Source of the DNA: an uncultured Dehalococcoidia bacterium
GTDB taxonomy: Bacteria; Chloroflexota; Dehalococcoidia; Lucifugimonadales; UBA3495
Direction: 5' to 3'
Assembly (NCBI GenBank): GCA_951812625.1
Contig: CATOSP010000002.1
Coordinates: 720,880-784,879 of the forward strand
Length of the DNA: 64,000 nucleotides
The position numbers and the translations under genes were made by a program. This document shows, one piece after another, positions 18,101 through 27,500 of this stretch; the stretch's first letter is position 1; each line of letters begins with the position of its first letter. A model generated the notes under the pieces. That model saw only the letters and a program-made list of their open reading frames with translations. It did no database searches and had not been told where the DNA came from.

Positions 18101-21100
18101 GTCATACGGCGCTCCCATTCCAGCCCTCGGATTGGGGAAGGTCGCGGGACTGGCCGCAAGGCCGCTGGCCAGAGCGACGGGTCCAGCCATAACCCGGATC
18201 GGCACTTCCGCCCTGAAGCTGGTGCGACCTGGGGCCAGGGCCGTCCCTCCGGCCATGAACGTCGCGGACGATGCAGCCGCGACCCTGGCGCAGAACGTGG
18301 GAGAATTTACCAGGCTGCTGGACGCCGGAAAAACCCGCCAGGCCCGCCGCTTTATGCAGAAGCGCCCCGATTTCCAGAAATGGGCCGTGCAGGGCGGGCT
18401 GGACCCCGCCGACATTGAGAAGGCCGGGATCGCGTCCTACCTGAAGGACGTGGCCAGGCCCAACGTGCTGCAACGCGCCCTGGGCAACACCGCCTTCAAT
18501 GTCGCGGCGCATACCGGGAGGTCGGCAACCGTAGGCTCTGGACTCAGCGGTACGATCTCGACCGGCCTCGCGGCAGCTCCCTTCGGCGGGGAGGGCTGGG
18601 GTCAGATCAGCCCCGACGAAAGGAAAGGAATCCTTGACGCCCTGTGGCAAGGTGCCATCGGGGGAGGCACTGGATATGGTGCCTTGCGCGGCGTCAACAG
18701 GCTCAGGCGCGGCGCGGGGAAACCGGCTTTGGGCCGCTTCCGGCAGTACGGGCTGTCCGCAGCCGAGGGCGCGAGTACCGACACCGGCCTTGCCCTGGTC
18801 CCCGGATTCCAGGATCCCACGTTTGGACGCATAACGGGGGACGAACAACTGGGGATCGCCCTGTCCACGGTGGCAGACCCGGCTTTCGACGCCGCCAGGG
18901 GCATTATAGGCATTGTCCGCCACCCCAAGAGCCTGCTGCCCGGAACCGTCTCGGCCAAGGGGTTGCAGGGCGGCACTCAGAAGCTCCACTACTCCCAGGT
19001 GTCAGCCGGTGACGATGTGGAGCTGCGCGAGGTCACGTCCCTTGCCGACGATGGCATCACTCCGATTGCCACTCTCCAGCCGGAGAGCAGAATCCGCCTG
19101 GAGATAGACCGCAGGCTGGCGGTCCATCCCCAGCGCATCAGGCCGGGGGATGAATCGGGTCTGGCCTACGACCAGATACTCAGCTCCGGCCTTGACCCGG
19201 TAAGCGGCCTGAAGCTCAAGGAAGACATACTGGACGCTATGGCCAGGGGGGAAACGGACTTCCGTGGCGTGACTCCCAGCGGCATACCGTACCGCTTCAC
19301 GCTGCCAGCCGCCTACAGGACAGGGGTATTCGACCCCGGCGCGGCGGCGCACCTGTCACCGGACGCTTCATTTGCGGTCCTGGCCAAGGGAGAAGACCCG
19401 GGGGCCACCTTCGCCACGCGCAGCACCAACCCCAACTCGGTAGAGGAAGTGCTGTACTTCCAGCCGGGAGCGATGGCGCTGCGGTACTTCGGCGGGTCGG
19501 CCAGCGGCAACACCGGGGCTGACGCCACCAGGGAATCGTATCGGGAGACTATAGCCGGGTTCGCGGGCCTCCCCAACTTCGCCCGGAGAGCCATCGGCTT
19601 GCAACCCGTACAACCCGCAGCCCTGGTGCTGACTCCGGCAGAGGTGGAGGGTCTGACCGCCCGCAACGTCGTCGAGGACGGCCCGGACGAACTGCCGTCC
19701 AAGTCCTTCCCCGGCGCGGCTGAAACGGGAGGACGAGACCCGCTGCCCCAGGAAGTCTTCGGCAGACAGGGGGCCGAGGCCGAGGTCGTCATATCTCCGG
19801 GAGGGGACCTGGACAAGCGCAGACTCTCGACCCACATCCTTGGGGGAGGGCCGACCGCCGTTAATCCCGAATTGGCCGATCCCAGCTTCCGGGATGTATG
19901 GCGCACCAACCTGGTGAGCCTGTCTGATGCGCTTCCATTCGGCACCAGCATCGGTCTGCGCCTGGACAAATCGCCGGAGCAACTGGCCAAGGCCCGCGAG
20001 TTCTTCGAGAACAGCGGGGTAAGGCGCAGTACAGAGAACGATGGACGGTTTGAGGTTGACGCCGTGGTGGACGGCGCAAGGTACCGGGTACGCACCGACG
20101 ACGACCCTTCCAGGATGCTGGAGAGCGTCAGAAGCGGTCAGGGCGGCGATGTAACCAACGTGGTCATCCGCGACACCGAGACCGGGCGGGTGGAGCAGGT
20201 GAGCGCCCCGGACACCGCCGATGTGGACATAGGCACTACCCGCGCACCACGAGACGGCGACGGCTCTCTACGCACCAGGCAAGAACCCGGTGCAGACCCG
20301 GATACTACGCGAGTCAGACCCGATACGGCGAGGATAGCTAACGCCAGGGCAGACCGGGTTGACGCCGACCGCCTGGACACCGACAGGGTTGAGCGGGTTG
20401 ACACCGATCGCCTGGACACCGCCAGGGCAGACCGGGTTGATACCGACCGCCTGGACACCGCCAGGGTTGAGCGGGTTGACACCGACCGCCTGGACACCGC
20501 CAGGGCAGACCGGGTTGACGCCGAGCGTGTGGACACCGCCAGGGCAGACCGGGTTGATACCGACCGCCTGGACACCGCCAGGGCAGACCGGGTTGATACC
20601 GACCGCCTGGACACCGCCAGGGCAGACCGGGTTGAAACCGAGCGCCTCGACACCGCCAGGGCAGACCGGGTTGATACCGACCGCCTGGACACCGCCAGGG
20701 CAGACCGGGTTGACGCCGAGCGTGTGGACACCGCCAGGGCAGACCGGGTTGACGCCGAGCGCCTCGACACCGCCAGGGCAGACCGGGTTGAAACCGAGCG
20801 TGTGGACACGCCACGGACAGACCGGCCCAAGCCTGAGCGCATCCAGCGCCCTCCGGGGAAGACTCCCAGGCAACCCGGACGTGGCCGCACTACGCGGGAC
20901 GACCCCGGCAAGCCTCGGATTCGTCTACGCCTCGGTGGGCAAGGAGGCGAGGACAAAGCGGAGCAAAGGCCTCCGCACCTGAAGTATCCCAAGGTGGTGC
21001 GATTCCAAACCGTAGAAGATGTTGTAGTGGACCTGGAGACCGGGGACACGACGCGGACCCCGGTAGGCGACCTCCCGTCACAGACCCTTGAGGTCGTCAA

Positions 21101-21479
21101 GTACAACCCTCTACCCTTCTCGGAGCAGCACTATACCGGACGCATTACAGACGTGGCCACCGACGACCAGGGCCACCCCTTCATTCTCCAGAGAGGCCAG
21201 TTCCAGGGACAGCGGGAGAAAAAGATCAAGGCACCAACGGAACGTGACCCCAAGGAACGGGACCGAATCCAGAAGGGGTTGCAGAAGGACATTGCCGCAG
21301 CGGAGGCGGCGGACGCCAACCGTCAGAGCGGCAGCAGCGGCGTCGGCAAGCGGCGGGGAAGTGGCATTTCCACTCCCAAGCCAGGGCCAACGGTCAATCG
21401 CGGCCAAGGCCCCAAAAGCAGGTTTGGAAGCCGCACCACGGCAGACCGCTTCATGCGCACCCGGAAGCTGAAAGTCTAG
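15165..21479 (+). CDS. orphan giant protein (2104 aa) with internal repeats and a basic C-terminal tail shared with the next gene
   Basis: ATG 15165 overlaps the upstream stop (TGATG); the listed start 14946 lies inside the upstream gene. Acidic N-terminus, three HLGDPR-x5-HP(D/G) motifs, the pair GALEDQGNIAAYN / SLEEQGNIAAYN, and the pair GDEESGIG(V/A)GTLE. There is a 13-aa tandem array and the C-terminus ends GSRTTADRFMRTRKLKV. No enzymatic motif recognised. Confidence 0.8.
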   Translation: MAINRPCRRGRGSRICTHSRRGRRSGSRETGQLGDERLLKHRDGESGFPALWDLRGYWGACFDRPQADSDGDGISDQAEEYYADNPEEFEELQDWLEDMGVDPYPDDAIGDNSDDDSDGESPAFNELMGLAAGSNRPSSGARPRGQHLGDPRHDQDHPDYDEEQDPGSDDFNPGSLNPQEQESLTLEQMRQDLSLLTGQGQPPAGQQDQPKTYDEALQASSDANMAYNEGLASGASPEEMARLEAERDAAQQAFSSAAERNRRLGRSSAPRHLGDPRIEEDHPDNLPSEETTEGLWAEALDVLTGASPTPRTAAPLIGQHLGDPRTDPSHPGYTGFQDPASPGYDRSELDPGDAVGLYWHRQDTDPEEATSQQRWEAWQIEREAVERLLDPENLPEDPEELRRYYTERVQPHVEAAIGRHGDLSFESTEGKTFDAGEQLRGAVDYHVASLDTRQHNEAIADQLEIPGYEDMSDRELADAIQDSTISTAQGQGFTFVNNPGAGSRYDQAARYLQQQRYQGEQDTINAALGSGWDRALGTPTYEQAVDFLEGQNQYIERHNEQVQAQNLALAIEHGYVPDGPDRTPVTPYEYLQQLQAESRAAGTRAEEGALEDLAVTAAGNLDFTETGSLEEQGNIAAYNSYFVRLTGHEPTGDPDADTALIAAAVTRGETGALEDQGNIAAYNRWFQDFTDGQLPTGIGYLDEAAIRAAAGRRLDRDRSIAGDEESGIGVGTLESLLARFDTMQRQQELDEGIEGDEESGIGAGTLERLRQRAFLGGLGGEDDLAAEESAQVRDSWEREWESVGIAAPPHPSDYTSADEYRHDLEIWKERQENRALINPGLEQGLDNLALHEAGLQQALADNEAIAQLFHNELADSRYFIPDDARTHADDMTGLSPGQLEKATQIAAGETLSPVVVGHVVLDPMQSFDRESYEQAVLMARSDPELDQQVREYAQGYGLYRLELPESEMNARRLRLLEVLSYGAPIPALGLGKVAGLAARPLARATGPAITRIGTSALKLVRPGARAVPPAMNVADDAAATLAQNVGEFTRLLDAGKTRQARRFMQKRPDFQKWAVQGGLDPADIEKAGIASYLKDVARPNVLQRALGNTAFNVAAHTGRSATVGSGLSGTISTGLAAAPFGGEGWGQISPDERKGILDALWQGAIGGGTGYGALRGVNRLRRGAGKPALGRFRQYGLSAAEGASTDTGLALVPGFQDPTFGRITGDEQLGIALSTVADPAFDAARGIIGIVRHPKSLLPGTVSAKGLQGGTQKLHYSQVSAGDDVELREVTSLADDGITPIATLQPESRIRLEIDRRLAVHPQRIRPGDESGLAYDQILSSGLDPVSGLKLKEDILDAMARGETDFRGVTPSGIPYRFTLPAAYRTGVFDPGAAAHLSPDASFAVLAKGEDPGATFATRSTNPNSVEEVLYFQPGAMALRYFGGSASGNTGADATRESYRETIAGFAGLPNFARRAIGLQPVQPAALVLTPAEVEGLTARNVVEDGPDELPSKSFPGAAETGGRDPLPQEVFGRQGAEAEVVISPGGDLDKRRLSTHILGGGPTAVNPELADPSFRDVWRTNLVSLSDALPFGTSIGLRLDKSPEQLAKAREFFENSGVRRSTENDGRFEVDAVVDGARYRVRTDDDPSRMLESVRSGQGGDVTNVVIRDTETGRVEQVSAPDTADVDIGTTRAPRDGDGSLRTRQEPGADPDTTRVRPDTARIANARADRVDADRLDTDRVERVDTDRLDTARADRVDTDRLDTARVERVDTDRLDTARADRVDAERVDTARADRVDTDRLDTARADRVDTDRLDTARADRVETERLDTARADRVDTDRLDTARADRVDAERVDTARADRVDAERLDTARADRVETERVDTPRTDRPKPERIQRPPGKTPRQPGRGRTTRDDPGKPRIRLRLGGQGGEDKAEQRPPHLKYPKVVRFQTVEDVVVDLETGDTTRTPVGDLPSQTLEVVKYNPLPFSEQHYTGRITDVATDDQGHPFILQRGQFQGQREKKIKAPTERDPKERDRIQKGLQKDIAAAEAADANRQSGSSGVGKRRGSGISTPKPGPTVNRGQGPKSRFGSRTTADRFMRTRKLKV
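20343..20815 (+). repeat. ~12 tandem copies of a 39-bp unit (13-aa TARADRVDTDRLD repeat) inside the 2104-aa gene
   Basis: The unit gacaccgccagggcagaccgggttgataccgaccgcctg is repeated head-to-tail with point variants (ADRVD/VERVD, TDRLD/AERVD/TERLD). Confidence 0.9.
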
Positions 21480-21500
21480 GCTGAAACTCTAGGAGGAATC

Positions 21501-24500
21501 ATGCCCGATTACGTTGCAACCGGCACGGAGCTGCCGCAGACCGCCATAGCGCGTTGGGACGCCAACATTGACGCGATCCGGGTGCTGAAACGGTTGCAGG
21601 CCGAGGGCCGCGCCGCCACCCCGGAAGAGCAGAAAGTCCTGGCGAAATACTCCGGTTTCGGAGATTCGGCCTACGAGCAAGCCTTTGCCTACTACCAGCG
21701 CGACTCTGCCTGGAAGAAGCGCAAGGAAGAGCTGGAAGAACTGGTTACGCCCGAAGAACACGACGCCATCAAGAGGTCCCGGCTCAACGCCTTCTACACC
21801 ACGCCGGAGGTAATCCGGTCGATGTGGTCGGGGCTGCGGGACCTGGGCGCGGACAAACTCCCCAGGCCCAAGGTGCTGGAACCGTCTGCCGGATCGGGCC
21901 GCTTCCTGGCCTACCAGCCCCGCGATATGGCCGCATCCTCCGAGCGCACCGCCGTCGAGCTGGACAACCTGACGGCCGGGTTGCTCAAGGGCCAGTTCCC
22001 CGATGCCACGGTCTACAATGTCGGGTTCGAGGCCGCGCCGGTCCCGGACGGCCATTTCGACATAGCCGTCTCGAATGTTCCCTTCGGCAACTACGGAGTC
22101 CACGACCCCGAATACCTGGCGGAAGGGAAGAACTATCTCACCGGCAGCATCCATAACTACTTCTTCGCCAAATCAATGGACAAGCTGCGTCCGGGCGGCG
22201 TCCTGGCCTTCATCACCACGCATCACACGATGGACGCGCCCAAGGCGCGGAAAGTCCGGGAATACCTGGCGGACAAGGCCGACCTGGTGGGCGCGGTACG
22301 CCTGCCGGAAGACGCATTCCCCGATACCGAGGTTGTCACGGACATCATCTACCTGAGAAAACGCGCCCCCGGCGAACCGCCCGGCGACCGGACCTGGGTG
22401 AGTACGCAACCACTGGAAGTCCCGGATGCCAGGGGCGGTACTCATACGCACTCCGTCAACAGCTACTACTTGCAGAACCCCGATATGGTGCTGGGCAGAC
22501 AGACCGCCGAGGGGACGATGTACGCGGGCCAGTCCTATACCGTCAAGCACGACCCGGACAGCGCCCCGGTCCCGGACAAGCTGGCGGCGGCAACCAGCCG
22601 GGTATCCGCCTCTCCCCTGAAACTTGACCCGGCCACCGCCGCCGCGCCCAGCTCCGGCCAACGCCGGTCCCGCGCCGCTGGCCACCAGGAAACCGTCAAC
22701 GTGTGGGCAGAGCGGGTCGAGGCCGAAACCGGCGACACGGAGAGGCCGCGACGGTTGGCGGAGTTGGCCAACACCACCCGACGCCTCCTGAACGCGGAGA
22801 AGGGACGCATCGACGACGACCCGGAGCAGATAAGGGCCGAACTCAACAGCCAGTACCAGGATTACGTCGATGCCCACAAGCGCCTCAACCACAAGTCCAA
22901 CCGGGACCTGCTGAAGGGCATGGTTGACGAATCGCTGCTCATGGCCCTGGAGAACCACGACCCCGACACCAAGAAGTGGGAGCGGTCGTCGATCTTCAGC
23001 CGCCGCCTGGCCAGGGACAACCCGGAGCGGCACGTCACCAACGCCGCCGACGCCATGAGCGTTGTGCTGAACGAGTCCGGGGCTCTGGACTTCGAGCGCA
23101 TGGGCCAACTGCTGGGACAGGACGCCAGCGCCGTGCGGAACAGCCTGGCCAAGGACCGGCTGATATTCCGCAACCCGATGGGCAGTTGGGAAACGGCCAA
23201 CGAATATCTGACCGGAAGGGTCCGGGACAAGCTGGAGGTAGCCCGCAGGGTTGCCGGGAACAACCCGGCCTTCCAGGTCAACGTGGCCGCGCTGGAACAG
23301 GTCCAGCCGGAACCAGTACCGGCCAGCGACATTGAAACTCCCCTGGGAGCGCCCTGGATTCCCGACGACGTTGTGAATGATTGGGTGAAGCAGAACCTTG
23401 CGTCAAGCCGTTTTGGGCAACCTGACAGGTGGTTCCGGTACAACCCGGAGTCCGGCGAGTGGGGCTACAACAAGAAGGTGAGCGGCTACGAGGCGGTAAT
23501 GCGCTCCCAATGGGGCACCGAGGGCATGGCCGCAGACAAAATCCTGGAGGCCGTCCTTAAGGGCACTCCCATCAGCGTGACCATGCCCAACCCCGACGGC
23601 GAGGGGAGGGTCAGGGACCCGGCGGCAACCGAGGCGGCGCAGCAGAAGGCCCGCCAGATGCAGGACAGCTTTTCCGAGTGGATTTGGCAGGACGCAGACC
23701 GTGAAGAGCGCCTGGTCAAGCGGTACAACGAACTGCACAACTCCACACGGCCAAGGGTATTCGACGGGTCTCACCTGACCTTCCCCGGTATGTCCCCGAA
23801 ATGGGCGGAGAGGATGCGGCAGCGGCAGCACCAGATGGACGCATCCTTCCGGGTAGTCAGTGACGGCACCGCGCTCCTGGCCCATGAAGTGGGTTTCGGC
23901 AAGACGGCGGTGATGATCAGCTCGGCTATGGAACGGCAGCGGCTGGGACTGATCGACAAGCCCGTGTTCGTCGTTCCCAAGGCGACCCATGAGCAATTCG
24001 CCAGCGACTTCCGCGAGATGTATCCGGGGGCAACCCTGCTGGCCCCCAGCCCCTCGGAGTTCAGCAAGAAGAACCGGGAAGCCTTCCTGAACCGCGCGGC
24101 CACCGGCGATTGGGACGGCGTGGTCCTGACCACCAACCAGTTCCAGAGCATCCCGGTCAAGCCGGAGACGGAAGCCCGCTGGGTCGAGGCGCAGATTGCC
24201 GACCTGGAAGCGGCGTTGAGTGCCGCCAACGAGGAGAACGAGACCAGCAGGGAATCACAGACGCAGAAGCAAATCCAGAAGAAGCTGGAGAGAGAACAGA
24301 AGAGGCTCAAGGACCTGCGGGCGCAGATCAGCGCCGGGGCTGACAAGGGGGTTGTCTACTTCGAGGACCTGGGGATCGACCAGCTCTACGTTGACGAAGC
24401 CGACCAGTACAAGAACCTGCCCTTCGCAACGAAAATGGGGCAGGTGAAGGGTCTGCCCAACTCGGAGTCCAAGCGGGCCTGGGATATGTTCCTGAAGACC

Positions 24501-27500
24501 CAGCACATCCAGGGGCTGGCGGAGAGCCAGTCCGGGTCTTATGCGGGCCGGGGCGGTGTCGTGTTCGCCGCCAGGCCGAGCGACTTTGCCGACAACGGGG
24601 TGGTGTTCGCCACCGGGACGCCCATATCCAACACCATTGCCGAAGCCTGGACCATGATGCGCTATCTCCAACTGCCGGAGCTGAGGCGGCAGGGACTCCA
24701 GCACTTCGACGCCTGGGCCAAGACCTACGGCAAGATCACAATGGGGATGGAGCAGACCCCCCAGGGCAAGTACCGGAACACCCAGCGGTTCGCCAAGTTT
24801 GTGAACCTGCCGGAGTTGTCCCGGCTCTTCCAGAACGTGGCCGATGTGCGGGTGGCGTCCGAAGTCCCGGAGATGGTCGCCGTGCGCCCCCGCCTCGTAG
24901 ACGCCAGGGGAAACCCGAAACGGACCGGCATCAAGGCCCCCAACTACCCATTCCTGGAAGCCTACATGGAGCATCTGCGGGACCGGGTTGACAAACTGCC
25001 CGAAAAGCAGCCGGAAGAGGACAATATGCTGCTCATATCCAGCGACGCACGCAAAGCGTCCCTGGATATTCGGATGGTCTGGCCCGAAGCCGAACCCAAC
25101 CCCAACGGCAAGGTGCAGCTTGCCGCGTCGAAGATCGCGGAGATTCACAAGGCCGAGGAAGCCGACAAGGGAACGCAGTTGGTCTTCCTGGACCTGGGAA
25201 CGCCCAAGGCCAGCGACAAGCCGAAGGAAGGCGACGACGATTCTGAGGAAGAAGGCGGCGAGGGCCTGACCGCAGAGGAGTCGAAGATCGTCAACAACGT
25301 CTACGGCATCCTGAAACGGGAGCTGGTGAGGCGGGGCGTTCCCGAGAAGGACATCGCCTTTGTCCAGGACCACAAGACCAGGGATGCCAGGAAAAAGCTC
25401 TTCGATAATGTCCGCTCCGGCGATGTGCGGGTCCTGATCGGCTCGACCGAGACGGTCGGCGTAGGGGTCAACGTGCAGGACCGGGCGGCGGCGCTGCACC
25501 ACCTGGACGTTCCCTGGAGACCACGGGACATAGAGCAGCGGGAAGGTCGGATAATCCGCCAGGGCAACAAGGTCTACGGCCCCAGGATCGAGGAAGAGAC
25601 CGGCGAGGTCGTCAACCCTGGGCGCGGGGTGCAAATCTACCAGTACGTCCAGGAAGGCAGCTTCGACGAATTTATGTGGCAGGCGGTGGAGGTCAAGGGG
25701 CAGGCGGTCAAGGCCCTGATGAAGCGGAACATCACCGCCCGGTCTATGGACGATGCCGACCCCCTGGTGTTGAGCGCGGCTGAGGCCAAGGCGCTGGCCA
25801 GCGGCAACCCTATGGTGCTCCGGGCGGAACAGATCAAGAACCAGATCAATACGCTGCGCCTGGAACGCGCCGCCCACAGGAACCAGCAGGAGAACGCCAG
25901 AGGGCAGATCAGGCGGCTGGAAACGATGATTGAGGCTCACCGGGAGCGGCTTCCCATTCTGGAGGTTGACGCCCAACACGCCCTGGAAAACGACGGCGAG
26001 GACAAGCTGAGGGTGAGCGGCCAGCCCATTGAGAAGCGGGCCGATGCGGGGAAAGCAATCGAGACCCGGTTGTCCCGGCTGAACGTGGGCGATGTGACCG
26101 GGATCGGCACGTACAAGGGTTTCGACGTAAGCGCGGCCAACAGCGACCGGGGCTATCAGCTTGCCGTGACCAACCCGGCCACAAAGATTCCCTACAGCTC
26201 CGCCTACATCGAGGAAGTCAATCCCGCTGGCCTGATGTCCCGGCTGGACAACCTGGTAAACGGCATACCCAGGTCCCTGGAAAGCTCCAGGGACCTGTTG
26301 AATCAGCACGAAACATCCCTGGAACTCTACCGGGAACAGGCCGGCAAGCCGTTTGAAGGGACGCCGGAGTTGGCCAAGAAGGAACGCCACCTGGCCTACG
26401 TCCAGGCCCTCCTGAGCGATGCCAAGGACGCCGTGCGTCCGCCGGACTTCGACGAAGACCCGTCCGGGACGGTCGAATACGACACGCCGGAACTGGAAGC
26501 GGAGACGGCTGCGCCAGGCCCGGCAGCAACCCAGCCGGGACCGGAGACGGTTGCCGTCGCGGAAGCCCCGGTTGCCGGACCTTCCCCGGTCGATGATGCC
26601 CCGGCGCAGCCGGAGACGGCGGCGGTCGCGGCAGACGTGGCCACACCAGAGCCAGAGGCGGTTGCTGAACCTTCCCCGGTCGATGATGCACCGGCAGAGC
26701 CGGAGACGGCGGCGGTCGCGGCAGACGTGGCCACACCAGAGCCAGAGGCGGTTGCTGAACCTTCCCCGGTCGATGATGCACCGGCAGAGCCGGAGACGGC
26801 GGCGGCCGCGGAGGCGGTAGCCCAGCAGGAACCGGAGACCGTTGCTGAACCTTCCCCGGTCGATGATTACCCCGCAGAACCGGAGACGGCGGCAGTCGCG
26901 GAGGCGGTAGCCCAGCAGGAACCGGAGACGGTTGCTGAACCTTCCCCGGTCGATGATTACCCCGCGCAGCCGGAGACGGCGGCGGTCGCGGAAGATGCGC
27001 CCGCGCGAAGTCAGGAAAACACGGCCCCCTATATCCCGCCCTACGACCCAGCCATTGACGATGCGCCGGTCAGCCCGGAGCAGGAAGAAGCGGAACGGCT
27101 GGCCAGGGACACACGGCTCGCAGCCATGCGTGAGGAGAAGCGGGCCAATAACGAGCAACTAAAGGAATGGGCGCTGGGAAAGCTGGCCCAGGGACAGGAT
27201 TTGCTTTTCCAGACCGAAGGGATTGGGCCGGCCGTGATTCTCAGGGCCAAGGTGGTTGCGGATTGGCAGTCGAAAGGGCATCAACCGATCCTGGTGGGTT
27301 CGGAGGGGAATCTGCGTATCCTCGGTGGCCAAAGGCAGGGCCGTCCCAAGTACGACACGGTTTTGTCCGGGGGGATCGTGTCCGGCGATGGGCAACACAT
27401 GATTATCAACAAACCCATGCCGGAAACCCCTGAACCTTCCGGGGAGGTTGCCGAGCCAACCCCGATTGAGGAAGCCAAGGTTCAGACGGAGACGGCGGCG

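Noticed and set aside
20138-21106. Four long ORFs in other frames or on the other strand across the 39-bp repeat (20138..21106, 20268..20873, 20338..20814, 20359..20982).
   Set aside because: All are periodic translations of the same tandem array (for example PGQTGLTP or RSALAVS repeats). The array lies in frame inside the 2104-aa gene, which has coding context on both sides.
20343-27000. Possibility that the 39-bp, 90-bp or 123-bp (34874..35242) arrays are CRISPR arrays.
   Set aside because: The units are directly abutting, with no unique spacers between them. They lie in frame within long ORFs, and no cas genes are present.
24255-27158. 967-aa minus-strand ORF antisense to the methylase-helicase gene. 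Similar long antisense or off-frame ORFs include 697..1968, 3278..4591, 6443..7492, 14077..15069, 19313..20095, 22173..23108 and 29143..29874.
   Set aside because: They are Arg/Gly/Pro/Leu-rich and motif-free, and they fully overlap plus-strand genes that carry clear domain signatures. This is the expected by-product of very high G+C (few stop codons in any frame).
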